From an uncultured virus (IMG/VR IMGVR_UViG_3300047312_000104) (taxonomy: Duplodnaviria > Heunggongvirae > Uroviricota > Caudoviricetes): a stretch of DNA of 35,059 nucleotides. Made by a program: the position numbers and the translations under genes. Where the stretch lies: the IMG/VR virus record IMGVR_UViG_3300047312_000104; one strand, 5' to 3'. A model generated the notes under the pieces. It ran no database searches. It saw nothing but the letters and a program-made list of their open reading frames with translations, and was not told the DNA's origin. Shown piece by piece: positions 1-7,305 of the stretch (position 1 is its first letter; every line of letters starts with the position of its first letter).

Positions 1-200
1 CTGCCATTCTCAAAACGCCAACCGTCCCCATCAGAAAACTCTGCCCAGAAGTTTTTTGAAAAGGTCAATGTGAGTATTGTCTTTTCACTACTTACTGCAA
101 ATCCTTCAAGATCGCATCCACTAAACCCGTGCATCTCTAACCAGTTCCTAACGTCCAAGACTGCTTTTTCCATCCTGGTCGTGATGGTAGGGTCGATCAT
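1..200 (-). CDS. hypothetical protein, 3' end truncated by window edge
   Basis: Read by hand: ATG at 200 overlaps the TGA of the upstream gene (ATGA); frame open to window edge (MIDPTITTRMEKAVLDVRNWLEMHGF...). Confidence 0.7.
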   Translation of the reverse strand, partial: MIDPTITTRMEKAVLDVRNWLEMHGFSGCDLEGFAVSSEKTILTLTFSKNFWAEFSDGDGWRFENG

Positions 201-592
201 CCATCCACCCCATGTTCATCCGCCCACCCCAGTTCACATGGGGTGACAACGGGTTGACAGTCAGTTGCGTCGAGACGACTATCCCAATAACGATCCATCA
301 AGATGCGCCTGATATCATCCGTAGGGAGAAGCCGCAGCCACCCCAACCTATGGGTATCGCCAGTATCGGGATCGCGCCAGTCCAAGCAGTAGTCCAGGTA
401 TCCCATCTCGCGGGTCGGCACCAACGCAGCCTCGCTGCAATAGACCAGTTCCTTCTGGTCGTCTGTCAGGTGTTCCCATATCTCTTCCAGGAGATCCTTT
501 AGGGTATCCACTTCCTGTTCAGGCTCGTTGTCTTCCCCATAGATCCTGGCACCAGTCATCAGTGCCTCGATTGACCTGATGGGGACGGTCAT
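197..592 (-). CDS. hypothetical protein
   Basis: 131 aa ORF tiling with 4-nt overlaps at both ends. Confidence 0.75.
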   Translation of the reverse strand: MTVPIRSIEALMTGARIYGEDNEPEQEVDTLKDLLEEIWEHLTDDQKELVYCSEAALVPTREMGYLDYCLDWRDPDTGDTHRLGWLRLLPTDDIRRILMDRYWDSRLDATDCQPVVTPCELGWADEHGVDG

Positions 593-1005
593 CCGGACGC
601 TAGCTGGTTGATCAGTTCACTAGTCAACAGCACAGACTTATTTTCCAATAAAGTCATATCCTTCGAACTACCCGTCCCATTACCGACACGTCCCTTTAGT
701 TTATTCTGGGCCGCGTCATTCAATCCCACTTTGGTACAGATGAGACGATACCCGAGTACACAGCAGTTATACCTCAGTTTATCTGTGGCCTCATGGGCTA
801 TGAACGCAGCTAGCGAACGAGAACCAAATGATCCCAACATGGGATAATTAGGCATCCACAGACAAAGTTGTAGCGGCTCGCCCACCAGCGTAATGAAGGA
901 TTCCTTAAACTTATCCTCTATCCCGTACATCAGCGCGTATCCCATCATCCGCTTGAGCCAGTCTTGTACTTCACAATCTAGTAGTTGCATTGTTGCTCCA
1001 ATCAC
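589..1005 (-). CDS. hypothetical protein
   Basis: 138 aa ORF, ATGA overlaps with both neighbours; AT-richer than core genes. Confidence 0.7.
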   Translation of the reverse strand: MIGATMQLLDCEVQDWLKRMMGYALMYGIEDKFKESFITLVGEPLQLCLWMPNYPMLGSFGSRSLAAFIAHEATDKLRYNCCVLGYRLICTKVGLNDAAQNKLKGRVGNGTGSSKDMTLLENKSVLLTSELINQLASG

Positions 1006-1388
1006 TCGTCTGCCAGGGTAGCTTTGTAGGCTTTCAACTCAACCTTGTTCGCCTTAACGGTCAGAACGAGGCTCACGGTAGACCTATAGGGGCGCCTATA
1101 TTGTTTGAACTCAGGCATCATTTCTCGTAATCGAGACAAATTATCCTCTAATCTGTGAATCCCGCCCGAGGCATACCTATCTGGCAATCCCTTGATTTGG
1201 ATCGTTACGTGGTTTACCGGGTACCTTCCTGCGTCATCGTCCCAGCAGCGCCACTCTTGAGCGAATTCACACTTGGCGATTTTCATCTTGTAACCGTGCA
1301 TATCAGCCCAATCTCGGCAAAACCCCACTACCTTACTGTATGAAGCCTCCGGGGCCGGCTTCTCTGCTACTTTGGCCTTTTTACCCAT
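1002..1388 (-). CDS. hypothetical protein
   Basis: 128 aa ORF in tiled minus-strand operon. Confidence 0.75.
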   Translation of the reverse strand: MGKKAKVAEKPAPEASYSKVVGFCRDWADMHGYKMKIAKCEFAQEWRCWDDDAGRYPVNHVTIQIKGLPDRYASGGIHRLEDNLSRLREMMPEFKQYRRPYRSTVSLVLTVKANKVELKAYKATLADE

Positions 1389-1728
1389 CTGATACCTTGA
1401 TTGGATCGTTAGCGGTTTGTTGCACAGGGTAATCGAGCTCTTCTGAGAAGTCTAGTTCGGTCAGCACTACACCTTTGGAGCCGCCAACCGGCGCATCCAA
1501 CGAATTATCGTATTGCTGCAACTGGGCCCCGAATGATCTCGCGTAGGCCTCGTTCCACCGCCTACGAATCTCTGGGGCCATCTTGGGGACATTCTGGGCC
1601 CTCGTGGCATAGATGTACCCGATCGCCCCATACTCGGACCCAACCATTATCGCCAATGCGGTCCTGGCGAGATCCACCACCACTCCAGTCCTGGCCGCTA
1701 TCTTACGTGCTTTCTTGGCTCTGCTCAT
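1381..1728 (-). CDS. hypothetical protein
   Basis: ORF 1381..1749; ATG at 1728 (MSRAKK) chosen to reduce overlap with upstream gene. Confidence 0.7.
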   Translation of the reverse strand: MSRAKKARKIAARTGVVVDLARTALAIMVGSEYGAIGYIYATRAQNVPKMAPEIRRRWNEAYARSFGAQLQQYDNSLDAPVGGSKGVVLTELDFSEELDYPVQQTANDPIKVSDG

Positions 1729-2020
1729 CCGTTGATCCTTCTGAACCATGTTGGTTATTCTTGAGATTCTTTTCTATCCATGCGAGTTTACGCGCCACAT
1801 CTTCATCCGTCTCTGGCTGGTCGAACAAATGGGCCAGATCGCCGTACCCGATCCAATCACAGAACTCGTCGTCCTGCCTGGCCCTAATCGCCTTGACGAT
1901 GTCACGAAGCTCATGAAACGCTTCATGGCGAGCCCTAGAGCCTTCAACTGGAACGAACTCACAGTACTTTTGGGCTGCTAACAGTAGCGGAACGAACGCC
2001 TCTTCTTCAAAAAGCCTCAT
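1703..2020 (-). CDS. hypothetical protein
   Basis: 105 aa ORF, ATGA overlap with upstream gene. Confidence 0.7.
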   Translation of the reverse strand: MRLFEEEAFVPLLLAAQKYCEFVPVEGSRARHEAFHELRDIVKAIRARQDDEFCDWIGYGDLAHLFDQPETDEDVARKLAWIEKNLKNNQHGSEGSTDEQSQEST

Positions 2021-2337
2021 GAGCCGTACGGTCCTAGGAGCTGAACCTCGTTGTCGGCCAAGTAGGCCCGCTCATGTTCATACAGGGCAGCCCCATACCC
2101 ACGGGCATAGTAGAGGTGCCAGGCCGGCATGGCCTCTGGCTCGGACAGCTTGGGCTGCTTGCCCGTAATGGCAAAATGGTACCCGAGAGCTTCGCGCCAG
2201 CTACAGTGCTTCAGACGTGCCACCTGGATCAACAGGTACTTACAGCGTTCGACCGACAGGTTGGTGATGGTCTGGAGAATCTTGAGGTCGTGGATGTTTG
2301 TCGGCTGCGGAAACGGGATATTCGGGGGAGGGGGCAT
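2017..2337 (-). CDS. hypothetical protein
   Basis: 106 aa ORF in tiled operon. Confidence 0.7.
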   Translation of the reverse strand: MPPPPNIPFPQPTNIHDLKILQTITNLSVERCKYLLIQVARLKHCSWREALGYHFAITGKQPKLSEPEAMPAWHLYYARGYGAALYEHERAYLADNEVQLLGPYGS

Positions 2338-2338
2338 C

Positions 2339-2488
2339 TTATTGATCTTCTTTAGGGGGTTGGCGACAAGCTCGTCTGGTCTGCTCTTTCTTGCGGTCCC
2401 GATGGGTCTGGGTGGGCCTCACCGGGGAACCGCGGATACGCCTAAATAGCTCTGCGGCGGTCGCGGGACGGCGGGGCCTCTTGGTCAC
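2339..2488 (-). CDS. small basic protein (49 aa), absent from the ORF track
   Basis: GTG at 2488 overlaps upstream TGA; MTKRPRRPATAAELFRRIRGSPVRPTQTHRDRKKEQTRRACRQPPKEDQ-TAA fills the gap exactly, stop 1 nt before next ATG. Confidence 0.7.
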   Translation of the reverse strand: MTKRPRRPATAAELFRRIRGSPVRPTQTHRDRKKEQTRRACRQPPKEDQ

Positions 2489-2727
2489 TTGGCGGCAGCC
2501 CGCAAGACCACATCCGACAGCGAAGCCACCGCCAACGGGGCGATGGGCTGGATGTGGATCACGTTGTCGAGCCTGAGCAGATGCTGGATCGCGATCCCGT
2601 CGCAGTAGACGGTTGTGCCGCGTCCATCTTTGTCATGCAGGCACAGCCCGATCGCCATATCGATCGCTTTCCCGACGGTGTCGGTTTCTATCAAGACCTG
2701 GTCGATTCTTCGGACTTGGCAGATCAT
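2485..2727 (-). CDS. hypothetical protein
   Basis: 80 aa ORF whose start abuts the upstream stop. Confidence 0.7.
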   Translation of the reverse strand: MICQVRRIDQVLIETDTVGKAIDMAIGLCLHDKDGRGTTVYCDGIAIQHLLRLDNVIHIQPIAPLAVASLSDVVLRAAAK

Positions 2728-3201
2728 CTATACCTCGTATTCGGTTTGGCGTTGCAGGATCCCAGCTATGTCGGGCTTGGGGTGGGAGCCGCTCTTAACG
2801 ATCTTCCCATCTTCTCTCTTCTCAGCCTTCTTACCCTCAACCTTAGCGATGTTGTTGGCATCAACGGCTTCCTGGACCTCCTCGTCGGCAATCCCGAAGA
2901 GGCTCATGGTCCCGGTGGCCACCACCCTGACGTCCGCCAGCTCTTTAGCGAGGCTGGGGAGCGAAACATGACCACGGTCATCGACGTAGAACTCCATCAT
3001 TCCAATACATACATCGTGCCCGTCGACAGTCTGCACCACTACACCCATGGCTTCGATGGCCTCCAGGGTCTCCTCCATGAGGAGCTTGGCTTGGAGGAGT
3101 CGGATCTGCTCTGAAGCCTCCTTGGGGAGGCATGGCAACGTGTGGCCACCAGCCCCCAGGAACAATTCGACTCGGGACTGGTGGGGTGATCTGCGGGCCA
3201 T
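2728..3201 (-). CDS. MazG-like / PRA-PH family nucleoside triphosphate pyrophosphohydrolase
   Basis: EExxE (LLMEETLE), KELAD, ANNIAK and REDGKIVK...HPKPDI motifs of the all-alpha NTP-PPase (DR2231-like) family; ATG 3201 in TAATG overlap. Confidence 0.85.
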   Translation of the reverse strand: MARRSPHQSRVELFLGAGGHTLPCLPKEASEQIRLLQAKLLMEETLEAIEAMGVVVQTVDGHDVCIGMMEFYVDDRGHVSLPSLAKELADVRVVATGTMSLFGIADEEVQEAVDANNIAKVEGKKAEKREDGKIVKSGSHPKPDIAGILQRQTEYEV

Positions 3202-3968
3202 TACTTCCACTTATTCTTGGGTGGGGTGACCAGGAACGAGATACGGTACATCCGGCCAGTGTGGCCTGTATCACCCGGGTGCCTGAGGGACGTCATCTCG
3301 ATCGGCTCAGCACGACAGCCGGCCTTCGCGGCTTCTTCTCTGACGAAACTGATATGGTTGTCGACGGTCAGCTCGCCTGTCTTTCCGAATATCTCAGCCG
3401 TATCCTCACGGAGCTTCGTGTTCAGGGTACTGTGGGGGCAGCACGCAGTATAGAACAGGACCCCAGGACCGCTGCGGCGGAACAGCCCAAATAGCCCAGC
3501 CTTGAGGCAGTCGGCCCCCATCTTGGCCGAGTATGGGTCTATATCGATCTGGTTGTACCCAGACATCACCCGCTTGGCTCTATCCCCAGTGATCTCTTTG
3601 AGCAGCTTCTTGATATTCACCACGCAGTCGCCATGAGTCGGGTAGTGATAGCTGGTCAGATCTTCTGGCCTACCTTCGGTATATTTCCGCATGCAGCGAG
3701 TCACAGTCCCGCCGTCGATGACTCCTCGGAATAGATCCAGGCACACCGAATTATCCTTGCGGACGTGTGGCACCACCGCGGGGTTTTTCATCGTCGCTTC
3801 GTAGTTTCCGGTCTTCTGTTCCGCATGGCCCACTAGGGCCTTGGCTTCATGGGCGTAGCCGCTCACCTTTTCGGCGTCATGGCCTTCGTACCCATAGGCA
3901 GTGACGATTTCTAGGACCGAACGACCACTGATGAGTTCTTGAAGTATTTGCTTCTTGGGAAGATTCAT
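3201..3968 (-). CDS. putative SAM-dependent methyltransferase-like protein
   Basis: LDLFRG resembles motif I (LDLFAG); QIDIDPYS resembles Trm1-type DIDPY / N6-MTase DPPY motif IV; ATG 3968 preceded by GGAGG. Confidence 0.5.
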   Translation of the reverse strand: MNLPKKQILQELISGRSVLEIVTAYGYEGHDAEKVSGYAHEAKALVGHAEQKTGNYEATMKNPAVVPHVRKDNSVCLDLFRGVIDGGTVTRCMRKYTEGRPEDLTSYHYPTHGDCVVNIKKLLKEITGDRAKRVMSGYNQIDIDPYSAKMGADCLKAGLFGLFRRSGPGVLFYTACCPHSTLNTKLREDTAEIFGKTGELTVDNHISFVREEAAKAGCRAEPIEMTSLRHPGDTGHTGRMYRISFLVTPPKNKWK

Positions 3969-4107
3969 AGAACCTCCGGGACACGATCTTGACGCACACT
4001 TTGGTGCTGAACGATCGTCCCATATGGAGTTTAGCTTGAGAACAGTCAACCAACGCTACCAGGGGTCCCCTGGTGCTACCTCGCGGCCCTATTGGCCGTT
4101 AGGCCGG

Positions 4108-4404
4108 TTAGGCTTGGACAGCAACCGGGACCGGGAGGTCCACTGGGCGGTCCGTCAGGGACTGTTCGTACTCGGTCCGCTCAATATCGTTGAGGCGGGC
4201 CCAGCAGGCCTTGTGGGCACGGAAGAAGTAATGGCGACCACTACCATCCTTGGCCACCAACCCCCCTACTTGCATCGCTACGCTGCTGACCAGGAGCCTC
4301 TTGGAACAAACAAGGCACCTGGAATGGGGACCCGGGTCGTACACGGGGGCAGCGTCAGAGCGCCCCTGGTAGTACCCTACATACTCTGAAAGAACCGAGG
4401 GCAT
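4108..4404 (-). CDS. hypothetical protein, possible Zn-binding
   Basis: CLVC...HKAC ligand pairs; GGAGG upstream of ATG. Confidence 0.7.
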   Translation of the reverse strand: MPSVLSEYVGYYQGRSDAAPVYDPGPHSRCLVCSKRLLVSSVAMQVGGLVAKDGSGRHYFFRAHKACWARLNDIERTEYEQSLTDRPVDLPVPVAVQA

Positions 4405-4450
4405 AATGTCCCTCCCACTAGTGAATAGCTTATAAGGATAGACAGGGAAT

Positions 4451-4648
4451 TCATTCGCGGGTTACAGCCGGGGCGGCCAAGGGGGCCACTGTGGCTACAG
4501 CTGAGGCTTCTATCTGGGCCAGAGTCTCCTGGAGGACCTTATAGGCAGGCTTCTCAAGCGCATTGTAGGCTGCGCAGGCGTCGACATGGACCAGGTGGTA
4601 AGTGTCGTAGGCCTTATCGCGCAGCTCTTGCTTGGTTGGTTTAACCAT
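4451..4648 (-). CDS. small helical protein, KP[TS]K paralog family
   Basis: Starts MVKPTK; Ala/Tyr-rich. Confidence 0.7.
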   Translation of the reverse strand: MVKPTKQELRDKAYDTYHLVHVDACAAYNALEKPAYKVLQETLAQIEASAVATVAPLAAPAVTRE

Positions 4649-4862
4649 ACGGGGTCTCTCTTGTGGTCATTAGGTAGACAGGAACGACTAGTACCAGCTC
4701 AATCAGGAAAAACCCAGCCCGGGAGCCTTCGTAGGTCGTGGCGATCCCGTAGATGCAGCAGAAGAATAACCCGATGGCGACCAATGGGTACAACACTTCA
4801 CCAATGAGTCCAATCCATGGAGAAGGGCGGTTACTCACCGATCGTCTACTCCGTCTCTTCAT
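4641..4862 (-). CDS. small membrane protein, two predicted TM helices
   Basis: Basic N-terminus then two hydrophobic stretches (LIGEVLYPLVAIGLFFCCIYGIA; GFFLIELVLVVPVYLM). Confidence 0.7.
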   Translation of the reverse strand: MKRRSRRSVSNRPSPWIGLIGEVLYPLVAIGLFFCCIYGIATTYEGSRAGFFLIELVLVVPVYLMTTRETPYG

Positions 4863-5043
4863 TGATAGCGTCCATCTGTTTCCCGTAAGTAGCCCTGTGA
4901 CCCTCTAGGGCATCCTCAATCTCGTGAAGCTCCTGCCGGGTTAGGTTGGCAGATTCGTCATTAAATCGCACCAGTAAGGGCTCCACAGCCTGATGATGAG
5001 CCTTCATGGCCTCATATATCCTGTCACCCTTTGAAGGCTTCAC
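4846..5043 (-). CDS. small helical protein, KP[TS]K paralog family
   Basis: GTG 5043 overlaps upstream TGA, GGAGG upstream; starts MKPSK (alternative GTG at 5046). Confidence 0.7.
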   Translation of the reverse strand: MKPSKGDRIYEAMKAHHQAVEPLLVRFNDESANLTRQELHEIEDALEGHRATYGKQMDAINEETE

Positions 5044-5324
5044 CACTCCTCCGCCTGGATTGCCTCAAGGGCTTTCCTGTGGGCGGCAAATATCTCCGCC
5101 ATATGCACCTCAAGTTCCTTGTCGGCTGGATGAATAATCGCGTCTCTGATTGGTTCGGCCAGTTTATGGGCATCCTCGTAGGCTTTTTCGGCTGGTCCAA
5201 CCGCTGCCTCATAAGCCGCATGGGCTGGGTCAACAACGTCGAAATATGCCTTTATGAAAGGCTTGACATCAGCGCGCCACTTTTCATTAAGAGCTTCGAT
5301 CCTTTCGGTCTTGGTCGGCTTCAT
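5040..5324 (-). CDS. small helical protein with 11-residue repeats, KP[TS]K paralog family
   Basis: ATG 5324 in ATGA overlap with HD gene stop; starts MKPTK. Confidence 0.75.
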   Translation of the reverse strand: MKPTKTERIEALNEKWRADVKPFIKAYFDVVDPAHAAYEAAVGPAEKAYEDAHKLAEPIRDAIIHPADKELEVHMAEIFAAHRKALEAIQAEEW

Positions 5325-5905
5325 TTGGCTTCCCCTATCACGATGAGTCTTAGGTGGCACTGGGCCTCCATCCTGAGGGCCTTACATTTATTGAGCAGCT
5401 GGTCCTCAAGTAACGCACAGGTACCGTGAAGAGCCTTCTGGACCAACAGGACAGTTTCGTCGCAATAAAGAATTGCAAACTTGGGTTCCTGGGAGGCGTC
5501 CAGCTCGGAGATGTTGTCCAGGCGGTCGATTAGCTTGATGAGCTTGACCCGATGCGGCTGGGAGGCCATATGGATCCGATCAATCTCCTTCCGCTCAGCG
5601 CGGGGGAGCTTGGCATATTCTGGAACCTGCTTGGAGTAGCTGGTCATTCCCCGGACGATATCCGCGACCCGTTGACCAAACATCGCCTGGATGGTCTCAA
5701 ACGAACAGCGAGTGGGGTGGTCCTCCGGTCCGTCGTGAAGCCAGGCACCAGCCATGGCCTCCAGATCCCCGTTGGTGTAGTAGGCTACCAATCCAGCCAC
5801 ACGGGCTAGGTGGAGGCTATAGGGAGACTTGTTGTATCTGCGGAATTGATCCTGGTGGACCCATATGGCGAAGCGGATCACAGCTGCGAGATCGATCATG
5901 GTCAT
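5321..5905 (-). CDS. HD-domain (p)ppGpp hydrolase-like protein (SpoT/Mesh1-type small alarmone hydrolase)
   Basis: HQDQFRRYNKSPYSLH, AWLHDGPED, FGQRVADIV and IKLIDRLDN match the RSH hydrolase motifs HxxQxR...PYxxH, HDxxED, KLADRLxN. Confidence 0.88.
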   Translation of the reverse strand: MTMIDLAAVIRFAIWVHQDQFRRYNKSPYSLHLARVAGLVAYYTNGDLEAMAGAWLHDGPEDHPTRCSFETIQAMFGQRVADIVRGMTSYSKQVPEYAKLPRAERKEIDRIHMASQPHRVKLIKLIDRLDNISELDASQEPKFAILYCDETVLLVQKALHGTCALLEDQLLNKCKALRMEAQCHLRLIVIGEAK

Positions 5906-6288
5906 TACTCCCTATGGAAAGTTTCGATGATGACGATGTAGTCATGATCTTGTACATCGACCACCGCTGTGCCTGAGGCCTCACCCCAGTTATCTACCCA
6001 CATGGGCGTGCCGTTGTCCATCTCGTAATAGCCGCCCTTGTACCCATCCTGGGTGGACCCTACGGCGTCTTCTAGCTTCTTGACGAGATCTTTAACCAGA
6101 CAAGCGTTGTCGCCACCCCTTGGAACCCACGGGATAGCCAGCTCGGCGTAAATGCCACGATAGCTCATGGGCGAGCGCGAGAGATCTGGTCGCGCGCTAC
6201 AGAAGTCAAAGTAGAGCGAGACGTCCTGCCTACACGCCCTCAGGGCGCGGATGAGTTCACCAAGGGTAAGTTGTCGAGGGATCGACAT
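5905..6288 (-). CDS. hypothetical phage protein
   Basis: LTLGELI...SYRGIY.ELA...GYKGG pattern recalled from uncharacterised phage proteins; ATG 6288 chosen (ORF extends to 6330). Confidence 0.75.
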   Translation of the reverse strand: MSIPRQLTLGELIRALRACRQDVSLYFDFCSARPDLSRSPMSYRGIYAELAIPWVPRGGDNACLVKDLVKKLEDAVGSTQDGYKGGYYEMDNGTPMWVDNWGEASGTAVVDVQDHDYIVIIETFHRE

Positions 6289-6884
6289 TTGATCTTTCTG
6301 GCGTGCGCCGCACTCCTGCGGGCAAACCACTCATTGCGGAGATGAGGGTGGAAGAGGTTGAGCCAATACGGGACCCACTGGCGGGTCTTCGCGAGGAAGA
6401 ATCCCCAGGTGACCCATTTGGGCCCAGCGATGAAGAGTGTCCAGGGACGCGGCTTAGTTGGGTCTAGGATAACCCTATGGCACGTCAGCCCACCCCTGAA
6501 TGCTATGCTGCCAGGGCGGCGCCACCTAAGGCCACTGGTGGTCTCTTCCCAGTACCCGACTGACAGGACAACGCTGATCCAGAAGCGCCAGGGGTGCGTA
6601 TGGCGCCCATCAACATCCGACGTAAAAAATTCATGGATGAAGGCGTTGAACCAACAGAACAGGCGATCTTCATTGGAGTGTCGGCCAGGGAGCAGGTAAG
6701 AGCGGCTGAGGTAGGTTATGCTCGGGTCAGCGTGGTCTGGGATGTCCCAGACCATCTTGTTAGCGCGACACCATGCCGCGATGGCCTTGTACCATGGACC
6801 TTGACCAGTCAGACCGATCCGCCCCATCTTCAGGATCCAAAGGACCCCTGTTGCGCTATCGCGTATAGAGCGGAGAAAGTTCAC
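6240..6884 (-). CDS. cupin-like (double-stranded beta-helix) phage protein
   Basis: HTHPW...SVVLSVGYWEE...CHRVIL...WTLFIAGP...WGF: HxH plus distal H metal triad typical of cupin / cysteine-dioxygenase-like folds. Confidence 0.6.
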   Translation of the reverse strand: MNFLRSIRDSATGVLWILKMGRIGLTGQGPWYKAIAAWCRANKMVWDIPDHADPSITYLSRSYLLPGRHSNEDRLFCWFNAFIHEFFTSDVDGRHTHPWRFWISVVLSVGYWEETTSGLRWRRPGSIAFRGGLTCHRVILDPTKPRPWTLFIAGPKWVTWGFFLAKTRQWVPYWLNLFHPHLRNEWFARRSAAHARKIKCRSLDNLPLVNSSAP

Positions 6885-7174
6885 AATCGGCCCCGCAGTT
6901 CTTCGATGCCTTCTGTGACCTTAATCTTGGATCTGGCTAGCTTCTGAAACATAACCGCGAACTTACAGGCGGTCATCATCAACCGCATATCCTCGGCATT
7001 AGAGGGTCCAACCTCGCTCAGACGAAGCAGTTCTTCAGCGCGTTGATCGATGAACGACAACGCCTGGTCTTCTGCTGCGATGGCGAAGGCTAGAGCCCTC
7101 TGGCCCTCTTTGATGTGGTGAGCAGCCAAGGCCGCGTCATCTGGAGTTTCGTCGTCTGGCATGGGTTGTTCCAT
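6881..7174 (-). CDS. hypothetical protein
   Basis: Track start at 7252 lies within a terminator; ATG 7174 (or 7162) more plausible. Confidence 0.65.
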   Translation of the reverse strand: MEQPMPDDETPDDAALAAHHIKEGQRALAFAIAAEDQALSFIDQRAEELLRLSEVGPSNAEDMRLMMTACKFAVMFQKLARSKIKVTEGIEELRGRL

Positions 7175-7180
7175 ATCACG

Positions 7181-7207
7181 ATGGTGTCGACTCCCTATGG
7201 GAATCAA
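7181..7207 (-). promoter_or_regulatory. candidate promoter TTGATT-N15-CACCAT
   Basis: Just downstream of a terminator, 6 nt before ATG 7174; same geometry as three other intergenic sites. Confidence 0.35.
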
Positions 7208-7245
7208 CTGATTATTCCGGTAAATACCGTATTTCGCACCCCCAT

Positions 7246-7278
7246 AAAACAAGAAAGGGCAGCCGCGCGGCTGCCCTT
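7246..7278 (-). terminator. Rho-independent terminator
   Basis: AAGGGCAGCCG-CG-CGGCTGCCCTT inverted repeat followed by TCTTGTTTT on minus strand, just after stop at 7306. Confidence 0.85.
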
Positions 7279-7305
7279 CCGTTCTTTTTACCTATTGGGT
7301 ACTGG

